Positions 39,435 to 48,534 of a stretch of DNA of 64,000 nt are shown here, piece after piece. The notes under the pieces were generated by a model, which did no database searches, was not told the origin of the DNA, and worked only from the letters and a program-made list of their open reading frames with translations. Made by a program: the position numbers and the translations under genes. Every line of letters begins with the position of its first letter. Position 1 is the first letter of the stretch. Origin of the DNA: a virus; the IMG/VR virus record IMGVR_UViG_3300044807_000022, positions 1 to 64,000 of that record; one strand, 5' to 3'.

Positions 39435-40091
39435 GTGGTCCTCGACTTCCTCAACGCAGCACCGACCCAGGCACAGGAGGACGCCGCGCGGGCGGTGCTC
39501 GGCCCCACCTGCCTGTTCAAGTGGAGCCAGTTCGATCACACCGTGCGCGTCCAGTGGGTCGATCACCCAGGTCCGGTCGGGGGCATCCCGCCGGGGCAGA
39601 TCGACACCGAGTTCTACGCCTACACCACCATCGGGGCCGGGCCGACGCCGACGCTCGACGTGCAGCTACGGAACACGCTCGGGCTCGGGCCGGACGCGGA
39701 GGGCGACTTCTACAAGCTGAGCCGCTACCCGCCGAACACGCTCAACTTCATCACCGAGTGCATGGTCCACGAATTGGGCCACATCGTCGTCGGCTATATC
39801 CCGGACGCTGACGTGCTGTTCCCGCCGCTGTTCTACCTGAACGGGCGGCAGGGCACGGCGGCCGACTGGCAGCCGCACGACCGGCATGAGTACCTTCAGA
39901 TTGTGGAGGCCACCGTCGAGACCTTCAAGGACGCGTACTACCCCAGCCGCGCGACCGACTCGTTCTCCTTCTGGCGCATGCCGCGCGGCAACTTCGCCGC
40001 GTTCATCCGCCTGTTCCCGCAGCCGGGCGAGGACCTGACGCCGTACCCCAAGTGGCACATCACGTTCTTCGCGCCGGGCGGTGAGACCTAA
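39435..40091 (+). CDS. Zn metallopeptidase-like protein (HExxH)
   Basis: MVHELGH plus distal EATVETF. Confidence 0.6.
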   Translation: MVLDFLNAAPTQAQEDAARAVLGPTCLFKWSQFDHTVRVQWVDHPGPVGGIPPGQIDTEFYAYTTIGAGPTPTLDVQLRNTLGLGPDAEGDFYKLSRYPPNTLNFITECMVHELGHIVVGYIPDADVLFPPLFYLNGRQGTAADWQPHDRHEYLQIVEATVETFKDAYYPSRATDSFSFWRMPRGNFAAFIRLFPQPGEDLTPYPKWHITFFAPGGET

Positions 40092-40867
40092 TGCCGCCGC
40101 CCTACTACGGCACCGACGCGTACAACCAGAGCAAGGGCAACTGGAACTCGTTCGCGAGCGAGACCATCCCGCCGCAGAAGCGCGGTGGTCCGCTCGTCGC
40201 GAGCGGTGACTTCAGGCGCACCGCTGGAGAGTGGCCCACGATTGCGCTGGTCGATTACGCGTTCCTCGGCATCCCCGGCGACGGCGGCATCCGCTCGGTC
40301 TCGCAGGAGTTCTTGGACTGGCCGAACAACAACTTCCCGTTCTTTCAGAGCGGCTGGACGATGCAGCAGGGCTGGATGGTCTGGGTCAGGTGGAAGTTCT
40401 ACAACGGGCCGGTGATGCCGCAGCATGAGGTCCAGGTGCCGTGGGGCAACCAGCCAGAGGGCTCGTTCCTCGGCCCCGACCGTTTCAAGGACCCGAACGT
40501 CCACACTCTGATCTTCCCGTCCGGTGTGCCGTTGTGGACCTACACGATGCAACTGCCGTCAGAGGTTGATCGGTTCACCTGCGACATGCAGTACGTCGGT
40601 GGGCCGCAGACGCACATCAACAACTTCTTCGGCTTCGGCTCCTTCTACCTCAGCCACCAGATCGCCCCCGAGCCGCCGCCGTGGCCGTACAAGGAGCCCA
40701 TCGTCGTGCCGTCGCCAGCCGGGACGCGCAGGTACGACCGCAACACGGCCGTCAAGCTCGCGCGGCACCACCTGGAGCGCCGACAGCGGGGCTCGCGCCG
40801 GGTGAGCGGCAACGCCGCCGACCCTCTCCTGTTCAACGGGCAGGACCCGAACACGATCATCACGTAG
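40091..40867 (+). CDS. Hypothetical protein, Pro/aromatic-rich
   Basis: TAATG overlap. Confidence 0.65.
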   Translation: MPPPYYGTDAYNQSKGNWNSFASETIPPQKRGGPLVASGDFRRTAGEWPTIALVDYAFLGIPGDGGIRSVSQEFLDWPNNNFPFFQSGWTMQQGWMVWVRWKFYNGPVMPQHEVQVPWGNQPEGSFLGPDRFKDPNVHTLIFPSGVPLWTYTMQLPSEVDRFTCDMQYVGGPQTHINNFFGFGSFYLSHQIAPEPPPWPYKEPIVVPSPAGTRRYDRNTAVKLARHHLERRQRGSRRVSGNAADPLLFNGQDPNTIIT

Positions 40868-40925
40868 TCGTCCGGCGCGGCGGCCAGAATCTCCTCGGTC
40901 GAGAACTCGTAACTGGAGGTAGGTT

Positions 40926-41981
40926 TTGGGACAGGGACAGCAGCGGGCACCATTGCCGGTCGGCTCGGCACGCGGACGTGAAGGGGCGCGCTGGTACAAC
41001 CAGCGACCCACGTCCGAGGAGATAGCCGCCTGGTTCAAGGACAACGTGCCGATGCACGACGGCATGGACCCGGCGCGCTACGTCGGCGGCCTGACGCTGA
41101 TCCCCGGCAAGGAGTTCCCCGAGGAGCCGTTCACGCCCCAGGGCGGCGGCAACACCGTCCTGCGCAAGGTCATCAACCAGGTCCTCACGCCGTACTGCAA
41201 GGTCGAGACGCGGGTCCAATACTTCTGGGACCTGATGGCGAAGAAGCAGGCCGACTGGATCGGCATGATCGAGCCGGTCGAGCCGATGCACGACGGCGGC
41301 AACCGGACGCTGCCACCGGGCTTCTTCTACGCGAACTACAAGGTCGAGAGCAAGGACGTGACGTTCGTGTGCTGCACGATGCGCGTCCGGGTGATCGAGC
41401 GCGAGGGCGCACAGTGGGTGGACGTGCCCGAGCGCTGGGCCGGTGGCCGCAAGGTCGGCGGCGGACGCATCCTCCAGGGCATCCCCGTGATCGAGTCGCC
41501 GCCCGCGACCAAGATGATCCCGGTCCTGACGACCAGCGGCTACGGCAACAACACGACCGTCACCGCCGACCCGCACATGCTGATGAAGGCCGAGACGGGG
41601 GCCACGGGCCGCGCGCTCGGACTCGCCGGGATGCTCGTCGTGCCGGGCACGGGGATCGCCACGGCCGAGGACATGCTGGAGGCCGCGTCTCAGGGCGCTC
41701 CTCCCGCGACAGACGGTGCGGCGGACGTTTCCCTGCCCGAGGTCGCCTCTGCCCCGCAGGAGGCCGCCAGCGGCTCTCAGGAGCCCGATACGCGGTCGGC
41801 GCTCGAAGTCCTGCAAGCCGAGGTCGAGGAGAAGGTCCAGCGGCTCCAGGAGGCCGACCCCGCGAAGCATGAGGAGTTCCAGCGCTGGGCGCGCGAGGAT
41901 CGCGGCTTCAAGGACCTGGCCTCGCTCAACGAGAGCCAGCTACGCGGCGTCTCGCGCAAGCTGGATCGCGACCTCAAGTAG
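40926..41981 (+). CDS. Single-strand annealing protein (Rad52/Sak-like)
   Basis: Y-x-x-V-x-x-R and KAETGATGRALGLAG motifs. Confidence 0.7.
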   Translation: MGQGQQRAPLPVGSARGREGARWYNQRPTSEEIAAWFKDNVPMHDGMDPARYVGGLTLIPGKEFPEEPFTPQGGGNTVLRKVINQVLTPYCKVETRVQYFWDLMAKKQADWIGMIEPVEPMHDGGNRTLPPGFFYANYKVESKDVTFVCCTMRVRVIEREGAQWVDVPERWAGGRKVGGGRILQGIPVIESPPATKMIPVLTTSGYGNNTTVTADPHMLMKAETGATGRALGLAGMLVVPGTGIATAEDMLEAASQGAPPATDGAADVSLPEVASAPQEAASGSQEPDTRSALEVLQAEVEEKVQRLQEADPAKHEEFQRWAREDRGFKDLASLNESQLRGVSRKLDRDLK

Positions 41982-41983
41982 CC

Positions 41984-42391
41984 GTGACCGAGAAGGCGTG
42001 GCAGGCTCAGGTGGTCGAGCTTGCCACGCTCTACGGCTGGCTCGTCTACCACACGTACGACAGCCGCCGCAGCAACCCCGGCTGGCCCGACCTGGTGCTC
42101 GTTCGCGCAAACACCGGGGAAATCGTCTACGCCGAGTTGAAGACCGACAAGGGGAAGACGACGCCCGCTCAGGACGTGTGGCTGGCCGCCCTGCGGGCGT
42201 GCGGGCAGGAGGCACACGTCTGGCGGCCCTGCGACTTCGACGCCGTTCACGAGCGGCTGAAGCGCCCCAGGGAAAGTCGAACTGCCGTCAGGGCTTCGTG
42301 CCCAAAGGAGAAGACCTCCTCAAAACGGGCCGAGGACTCCTTGGGCGAGGTCGAGCTTTGGCCCCGGCTGGGCGAGACGGGCCTGCTCTGA
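41984..42391 (+). CDS. VRR-NUC PD-(D/E)xK endonuclease
   Basis: TEK...GWPDL...YAELK...Q-x-x-W. Confidence 0.85.
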   Translation: MTEKAWQAQVVELATLYGWLVYHTYDSRRSNPGWPDLVLVRANTGEIVYAELKTDKGKTTPAQDVWLAALRACGQEAHVWRPCDFDAVHERLKRPRESRTAVRASCPKEKTSSKRAEDSLGEVELWPRLGETGLL

Positions 42392-42621
42392 TTCCCCTGC
42401 CTGGGGTAACCCCTCGCAGAAACGGTCGGAAAGAGCAGGCACATGACGCCTCATCAGGTTTAGGGCGCTCGCGCCGTCTGCTACAACTGCCGCCGCGCAG
42501 GGCTGGCTACTGGACTCCGGGGAGGACAGAGGACGGGCCGCGACCGTGATTCGCGGTGCCGTCCTCCCCCGTCTCTAGCCTGGCGACTGCCAGAAAATCG
42601 AGACGGTCGTCGGGGGAACAG

Positions 42622-43821
42622 TTGAAGCTACCGGGCAACGCAATCGGCATCACGGACCTGCTGTCCTACCAGGACTGTCCGCGTCGATTCGCGTTCGGGA
42701 TGCGGCGGCACGACAAGAGCCCCGTGGTCCACCCCGACACGGGCGTCGAGTTCATCATGGGCGATGCGCCCGAGGCCGAGTCGCCCGCGACCGCGTACGG
42801 CTCGGCGGTCCACGATGCCATCGAGCTAGTGGACGACCTGCTGACCCCGCAGGAGGCCGTCGAGCGCGTCTTCCCCAAGTACGGGCCGTGGCTCGAACCG
42901 GCCGACCTGGACCGCCTGATCGAGGACCTGGCGATCTACAAGGGCCGCGACTACACGGGCGTCCGGATCGTCGCGCAGGAGGACGACATGCGCGTGCCGC
43001 TGTTCGTCCACGACGGCGAGCAAATCTACTTCCGCTTCAAGCTCGACAAGCTCTACCAGCGGCTAGACGACGACGCGTCGTTCATCCACATCGACTACAA
43101 GACCTCGAAGTGGTCGAAGTCGCAGGCCGAGGTTCACAACGACCTCCAGATGTGGGCCTACAACTTTGGCATCCACGAACTGTTCCCCGAGTGCGAGCGC
43201 CTGCTTCAGACCTACGACCAGTTGCGGTTCGGTCAGGTGAACACGCGCAAGACGGAGAAGCAACGCGCGCAGATGAAGCAGTGGCTCATCGCCGCCACGA
43301 AGGCCGTCCTGGAGGACCGGAGGCTACTGCCCAAGTTCAACCAGTGGTGCCCGTGGTGTGAGATAGCGAACGACTGCCCGATCATCAGCCGCCTCTCGGA
43401 CTACTCGCTCTCGAAGATCGCGATTATGGCCCCCGAGGAGCAGCAGGGCCGCAAGAAGGTCATCACGCTCGACCCGGACCTGTTCACCACCTACGCCGAG
43501 GAGCTACCGCGCATCAGCCTCGCGCGCAAGACCCTGGAGAAGGTGGAGAAGGCCATCCGCGATGCCATCAAGGACCTGCCCGAGGACAAGCGCAACGCGC
43601 TCGGCTTCACGGCGAACGAGCGCGGGGGTGGCACGAAGTTCGGGCCGGAAGAACTCCGCGCTGTTTACGAGCTATTAGGCGACGAGTTCTGGCACATAAT
43701 CGGCCTGACGAAGGCACAATTGGAGTCGTACTTTGAGGACGACAAGGACACGATCAACGCTGTCCTGGAACTCGGAACGGAGACTGTCGGCGCAGCGGTG
43801 CTGAAGGAACTGGCCGCGTAG
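42622..43821 (+). CDS. Cas4/RecB-like PD-(D/E)xK exonuclease
   Basis: CPR...G-x-x-VH, LD...IDYKT, Q-x-x-x-Y, C-x-x-C-x5-C. Confidence 0.85.
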   Translation: MKLPGNAIGITDLLSYQDCPRRFAFGMRRHDKSPVVHPDTGVEFIMGDAPEAESPATAYGSAVHDAIELVDDLLTPQEAVERVFPKYGPWLEPADLDRLIEDLAIYKGRDYTGVRIVAQEDDMRVPLFVHDGEQIYFRFKLDKLYQRLDDDASFIHIDYKTSKWSKSQAEVHNDLQMWAYNFGIHELFPECERLLQTYDQLRFGQVNTRKTEKQRAQMKQWLIAATKAVLEDRRLLPKFNQWCPWCEIANDCPIISRLSDYSLSKIAIMAPEEQQGRKKVITLDPDLFTTYAEELPRISLARKTLEKVEKAIRDAIKDLPEDKRNALGFTANERGGGTKFGPEELRAVYELLGDEFWHIIGLTKAQLESYFEDDKDTINAVLELGTETVGAAVLKELAA

Positions 43822-43837
43822 AACTGGAGAAAGGAAT

Positions 43838-43884
43838 GGTGCCCCGCGACTGCCTGCTTTGGCTGGCTGCGGTCGCGGGGCACC
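43838..43884 (+). terminator. 13-bp hairpin
   Basis: GGTGCCCCGCGAC / GTCGCGGGGCACC. Confidence 0.55.
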
Positions 43885-43949
43885 GGGGGTGAACTGGTGA
43901 TCTGTAGCACATCTGCTGCGCGTTGGCAACTTCATAGCGGTGAACTGGC

Positions 43950-44675
43950 GTGAAGCGCCGCTTCGATCTGAACGATCAGGGCGACCTCGTTGACCGCCAC
44001 GGCTACGCGCTCGACGTGCGTTCGCTGCTGTCTCACCCGGTCGTTTCGGTCACGCTCGACATGCCGTCTGCGGGGGGGCCTTTAGGGGGGGGAGGTACGT
44101 CTGGACCTTCAGAACAGCAAGAGCTTGAAACACCAACGAACCCACAGGATGGGGGTGTGGGGGAAGGTGAAACTGCCGACAAGGCTTCGCTCGTCTGGGC
44201 CACCTACGTCGAGGCGATGGAGCCACGCGACAAGGCGCTGCACCCCGCCGAACGCAAGCTCATCAACGAGGCGCTGAAGGTCGCGACCGTCGCTGAGTGC
44301 CAGCGCTCGATCTGGGGCTGTCGTCGCTCGCCGTTCCACATGGGCGACAACGCCAAGCGGAGGAAGTACAACCGCCTGTCGCACATTCTCAAGGGCAAGC
44401 GAGGCGTCCGCACTCTGCGCGAGCAGATCGACTTCATGCTCGACCTTGCCGACAAGCACGGTGTCGGTGACCTGGACGCCACGGGCTCCGAGCAGACCGT
44501 CATCGACCCGGCGAAGCTGGAGCGCATGAAGCGTCAGGTCTTCCGGGCATTCGACATGGCGGACTCGGCGCAGGCCGCCGAGCAGGCAGAGCGTGCCGAG
44601 CAGTGGCTCAACGAGCACGGCTGGCAGGTCATCAGAAATGGCAACGACCGTCCGAAGATCGAGAGGAAGGCATGA
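43950..44675 (+). CDS. Replication initiator/replisome organizer-like protein
   Basis: GC-x-x-SPFHMGDN...KY...L-x-x-IL C-domain pattern; upstream of dnaB. Confidence 0.55.
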   Translation: MKRRFDLNDQGDLVDRHGYALDVRSLLSHPVVSVTLDMPSAGGPLGGGGTSGPSEQQELETPTNPQDGGVGEGETADKASLVWATYVEAMEPRDKALHPAERKLINEALKVATVAECQRSIWGCRRSPFHMGDNAKRRKYNRLSHILKGKRGVRTLREQIDFMLDLADKHGVGDLDATGSEQTVIDPAKLERMKRQVFRAFDMADSAQAAEQAERAEQWLNEHGWQVIRNGNDRPKIERKA

Positions 44676-44881
44676 GCATCGAACTGGCGCTCGCAGACGC
44701 GGCGCGCAACTGCAAGCGGGAGAGCGCGAAGGCGACGGTGACGCTGCGCTCGGGCGTGCAGATCACCGGCAGCCTGGAGGCGCAGTCCGGCGCGGACCTC
44801 GGGACGCGCCTCCTCCACACAGACGGCGGCTGGGTAACCGTTCGGGTCGATGAGGTTGCAGCCGTGGAGTCGCACCGATGA
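44672..44881 (+). CDS. Small Sm/Hfq-like fold protein (putative)
   Basis: VTLRSG-x-x-ITG-x-L...V-x-x-x-EVAAV pattern. Confidence 0.45.
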   Translation: MSIELALADAARNCKRESAKATVTLRSGVQITGSLEAQSGADLGTRLLHTDGGWVTVRVDEVAAVESHR

Positions 44882-45084
44882 TCGGCCGAGGGCTCCTGCT
44901 GAAGCGGACCATGCGGCAGTACGCCGACGACGCGAAGCTGTTCCGAGCGGGCGTCGAGGGCTACCTGGAGACCTGCGTCAGGCTCGATCTGCTGGCGACT
45001 CCGCGAGCGGCGCTGCGTGCTGGCAGGACGTACCTGCGCGCCGAGCGCCAGCGTGAGCGCCGGATGGCGCAGGTGGACCGATGA
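44878..45084 (+). CDS. Hypothetical protein
   Basis: ATGA overlaps. Confidence 0.6.
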   Translation: MIGRGLLLKRTMRQYADDAKLFRAGVEGYLETCVRLDLLATPRAALRAGRTYLRAERQRERRMAQVDR

Positions 45085-45695
45085 GCACGCGACCGCCGAC
45101 CGACGACGAGCGCCTGAGTGGCGGGGTGATCCAGTCGCACATGCTGCCACCGCCACCGCCGCACGACTGGCACGCGGCGATCATCGCCAGCGTCGTGAAG
45201 GCGTACGGGCGCTTCAGGCGGCCCGTCTACGTCGAGATAGGGGTTGACCGGGGGGCGACCATGCGGCACGTCTCTCAGCACGCCGCAGAGAGCCACGCGG
45301 TGGACGTGACGTTCGAGCACGTCAACGGTCCGCTGGGCGTGAACGTCAACCGCTGGGAGGAGCCGAGCGACGAGTTCTTCCGCCGCGTCGGTGACGGCCG
45401 CCTGCCCATCGCTCCGGACGTGGTGTTCGTGGACGGTGACCACGACGGCGATCAGGTGACCAAGGACCTCTGGAACGCGCTGTCGATCACCCATGAGGAC
45501 GGCACGGTGATCTTGCACGACACGCACCCGATGGAGCCGCAGTACCTCCACTGGTGCTCGACGGCGTACGAGGCGCGCATGGCAGCCGAGGCGGACCCGA
45601 GCCTCACCACGTGGACGATCCCGCTGTTCCCTGGCCTGACGCTCGTCTCGAAGCTCACGCCGCCGTTCGTGGAGGCACGCGCTCATGCTGCGTAA
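45081..45695 (+). CDS. Class I SAM-dependent methyltransferase (Methyltransf_24-like)
   Basis: YVEIGV-x-x-G, DVVFVDGDH, G-x-VILHD. Confidence 0.85.
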   Translation: MSTRPPTDDERLSGGVIQSHMLPPPPPHDWHAAIIASVVKAYGRFRRPVYVEIGVDRGATMRHVSQHAAESHAVDVTFEHVNGPLGVNVNRWEEPSDEFFRRVGDGRLPIAPDVVFVDGDHDGDQVTKDLWNALSITHEDGTVILHDTHPMEPQYLHWCSTAYEARMAAEADPSLTTWTIPLFPGLTLVSKLTPPFVEARAHAA

Positions 45696-45777
45696 GCTCT
45701 GGGCGGCGTTCCTCTCCTGGGCCGAGGGTGCCGTCCAGGACTCGGAGGCGCGCATGCGCCACTCGGTGGACAAGTGA
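45685..45777 (+). CDS. 30-aa peptide
   Basis: GGAGG RBS; GTGA overlap with dnaB. Confidence 0.45.
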   Translation: MLRKLWAAFLSWAEGAVQDSEARMRHSVDK

Positions 45778-47156
45778 GCGACGGCCAGCTTCCGCACTCA
45801 CAGGAGGCCGAGGCGTCGGTCGTTGGGCAGCTTCTCGCGCAGCCGAAAGTCGTGGCTGACGTTGTGGGAACCATGCTCGAACCGGCGCACTTCTACCTCG
45901 CGCCGTACCGGCTGATCTACGAGCGGATCGTGGAGTCGTACTACGCCGACGAGAGCATCGACGCGCTGGTCATCGCGGAGAGCGTCGGCAAGGAACTCGC
46001 CCGCATCACGGGCACCACAGAGGCCGAGGCCGTTCGCAAGGTGACGACGCTCGCGAAAGGCCAACGGCAGTTAGCAGTTCGTCAGGCCAAGGACCACGCC
46101 GCTGTGGTGAAGAAGCACTCCGACTTCCGCGCCGTGATCGACCTGGCCCACACGGCACTGCGCGAGGTCGAGGCCGAGCAGCGCGACCCCGACGTGATCG
46201 CAGCGGACCTGAGTCAGGCGTACATGCGCATCGCCACCGACTCGATCCTCACCCATGAGATTCACGACTTTGGCGACCTGGGGCGGCGCTTCACCCGCGA
46301 CATGCAGATGCTCATGGCGGCACGCGCGCAGGGCATCGAACTCGGCGCGTATTTCGGCTACAGGTTCATAGACGAGTACACCCGTGGGCTCCAGCCGACC
46401 GAGCTACTGATAAGCGCAGGCGAGCCCGGCGCGGGCAAGAGCCTCTGCTGGTGGCGAGCGGCGCGCAACTTCGCTGAGCGCCAGATGCAGAAGCCCGAGG
46501 ACATGCGTCTGGGCACGCTGGTCCTGTCGCTCGAAATGGGCGAGGGGCCGTCGAACGCGCGCCTGGCGCAGTCGCTCGCGGGCATCGACGGCGGGGCCAT
46601 CCGTGAAGGCACGCTGTCGCAGCAGGAGCTTCAGCGGATCGTCAAAAGGTGGAAGGCCAATCAGGACATTCCGCTCTACTTCAACTTCACAAGCACGCTG
46701 AAGGCGAGCCAGATGCGTGCGCTGATCGTGGAGGCCATCCGGCGGCACAACATCGGCGTGGTCATCATCGACCACTTCCGGTACTTCGACATGGACGACC
46801 GGCATCAGAACCCGGTGGTCGAGGACGAGGAGAAGGCCCGGTTCCTGAAGGAGGCCATCGCGAAGGACCTCAACATCGCCGTGGTCTGCCTAGCCCACAC
46901 GCTCAAGAGCATCGAGACCGTGGACAAGCGCCCGAGGCTGTCGCACCTGCGCGGCTCCGGTCAGGTCGCGGCGCATGCCGACTTCGTGCAGTTCATCTAC
47001 CGGCCCTACCCATACGCGACCCAGGAGCAGATCGACATGGGCGACGTGTCCATTGACGACGCCGAGAGCATCTGGGCGAAGAACCGGCACGGACTCGAAG
47101 ACACGCATGAGTTCAAGCTGGACCTCGCCATCGCTGACATGCGAGACAAGCCGTGA
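45774..47156 (+). CDS. dnaB: Replicative DNA helicase
   Basis: LPHS-x-EAE, GEPGAGKS, LSLEM, LK-x-x-AKDLNI, RPRLSHLRGSG, KNRHG. Confidence 0.95.
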   Translation: MSDGQLPHSQEAEASVVGQLLAQPKVVADVVGTMLEPAHFYLAPYRLIYERIVESYYADESIDALVIAESVGKELARITGTTEAEAVRKVTTLAKGQRQLAVRQAKDHAAVVKKHSDFRAVIDLAHTALREVEAEQRDPDVIAADLSQAYMRIATDSILTHEIHDFGDLGRRFTRDMQMLMAARAQGIELGAYFGYRFIDEYTRGLQPTELLISAGEPGAGKSLCWWRAARNFAERQMQKPEDMRLGTLVLSLEMGEGPSNARLAQSLAGIDGGAIREGTLSQQELQRIVKRWKANQDIPLYFNFTSTLKASQMRALIVEAIRRHNIGVVIIDHFRYFDMDDRHQNPVVEDEEKARFLKEAIAKDLNIAVVCLAHTLKSIETVDKRPRLSHLRGSGQVAAHADFVQFIYRPYPYATQEQIDMGDVSIDDAESIWAKNRHGLEDTHEFKLDLAIADMRDKP

Positions 47157-47479
47157 GGGCGCGCGTACCGGCCCCCCGGCAGTTGAAGCGCCCGCAGCGC
47201 CCGCTGCCGCGCCTCGTCGGCAAGAAGCCGCGCACCATCAAGCAGTGGGCGACGTTCGTGCCCCTGCGGAGACCGCGACGGCCGTCAGTACATCTGCTCG
47301 CCTTCGAGGAAGAAGTCGTCGCTCGCAAGGTGAGCCAACTCGTCACGTGGAAGCAGCGCCCGGTGACCGCGAAGGAGGTCATGGTGGCGAACCCCGGCCT
47401 GTTCCACCCCCACCGTCTGGAGCCGGTGATGCAGCGGGTCCGCCACGTCAACCGCTACACGGAGAGGGCCGCCGCATGA
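47153..47479 (+). CDS. Basic hypothetical protein
   Basis: GTGA overlap. Confidence 0.5.
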   Translation: MRARVPAPRQLKRPQRPLPRLVGKKPRTIKQWATFVPLRRPRRPSVHLLAFEEEVVARKVSQLVTWKQRPVTAKEVMVANPGLFHPHRLEPVMQRVRHVNRYTERAAA

Positions 47480-47715
47480 ACGGACCGCGCATGACACGCA
47501 ACCAGCGGGCCATCCTGCCGCTGATCCCCACCGACAAGGACAAGGCCAAGGACACGCACACGCTGGCGCGTGAACTGACCGAGCAGGAGACGAGCGCCTT
47601 CAACTACGACGCGACGTACTCGATCCTGCGCCAGCTTCGCCTCGCAGGAGTAGTCGAGCGCATCGGGCGTCCGGCTGCCTGGTACCGCATCGAACAACAA
47701 GGAGCCCCCTCGTGA
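47476..47715 (+). CDS. Winged-helix DNA-binding protein
   Basis: T-x-x-LA...L-x-x-L-x-x-x-G-x-V. Confidence 0.6.
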   Translation: MNGPRMTRNQRAILPLIPTDKDKAKDTHTLARELTEQETSAFNYDATYSILRQLRLAGVVERIGRPAAWYRIEQQGAPS

Positions 47716-48209
47716 GCACCATCCAGAAGTTGCAACGGCCGTCAGAAGATGCCACGCAGGAGGAGCGGCGCTCGTACTTCACGGCACTCCGCAAGGCGCT
47801 GGACGACGCGGGCATCGGCTACGGCGAGGAGTTCGCCATCGTGCGCGTGGGCGAGACCATCGGCACCGGCCCGGCCGCCGATAGCCCGAGCGCGAATGGC
47901 CTGGGCGGGTTCGCTCGCGACTCGGCCACGTCACGCAAGGCGGCGCTCGACAACTACCCGCGCTCAGGCACGCAACGCGCCAAGGTCCTCCGCGCGATCA
48001 CGGAGGCGGCACGCCTCGGCGGCGGGGTTACTCGCGACGAGTTGTGCCTGGCGCTCACCATGCCGCCGAACGTGCTCACGCCGCGTGTGAAGGAACTGAT
48101 CGACGGCGGCTGGGCGAAGGAAGACCCCGACATGAAGCGCCGCACGCGCGCGGGCTCGGAGGCCGTCGTCGTGTTCGCGACCGACAAGGCGATGAACCAT
48201 GGCACCTAG
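47712..48209 (+). CDS. Winged-helix DNA-binding protein
   Basis: G-x-T-x-DEL...PR-x-x-EL-x-x-x-G...R-x-T-x-x-G. Confidence 0.7.
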   Translation: MSTIQKLQRPSEDATQEERRSYFTALRKALDDAGIGYGEEFAIVRVGETIGTGPAADSPSANGLGGFARDSATSRKAALDNYPRSGTQRAKVLRAITEAARLGGGVTRDELCLALTMPPNVLTPRVKELIDGGWAKEDPDMKRRTRAGSEAVVVFATDKAMNHGT

Positions 48210-48534
48210 ACGCAAGGGCAAGCAGGAGAAGCTGGCGTCGGCGCTGACCATCGGCGGCCGAATCTCCGACTACCGTCAGAAGAAGGGCCTGAGCTACGAC
48301 GACCTCATCGAGGCGTGCAAGGGCGTCTGGCGCGACCCGTGGCGACGGCCGGTCACGAAGTCCTACCTCCAGAAGTTGGAGAAGGGCAAGGTGCGCGATC
48401 TGTCGGCGCACACGGACAACACGCTCGGCAAGGACGGCGAAGTGATCGAAGTCGTGGGCGGCTTCCCTGCCGTCGCCGCGCGTCTCTGCAAGGCGTTCGG
48501 CTGCACACCCCTGGACCTACTGGAGGAGCGCTGA
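48199..48534 (+). CDS. XRE-family HTH regulator
   Basis: IGGRI-x-x-YR-x-x-KGLS...YL-x-KLEKG...L-x-x-AFG. Confidence 0.75.
   Translation: MAPRRKGKQEKLASALTIGGRISDYRQKKGLSYDDLIEACKGVWRDPWRRPVTKSYLQKLEKGKVRDLSAHTDNTLGKDGEVIEVVGGFPAVAARLCKAFGCTPLDLLEER

Noticed and set aside
16483-40867. Diversity-generating retroelement targeting fibres
   Set aside because: No reverse transcriptase or adenine-variant template/variable repeat pair seen
42622-43821. Cas4-like gene as part of a CRISPR system
   Set aside because: No repeat-spacer array or other cas genes seen; it sits beside an SSAP as a typical recombination exonuclease
10676-47156. Inteins or introns in terL or dnaB
   Set aside because: Both have normal length and contiguous motifs; no splice-junction signatures
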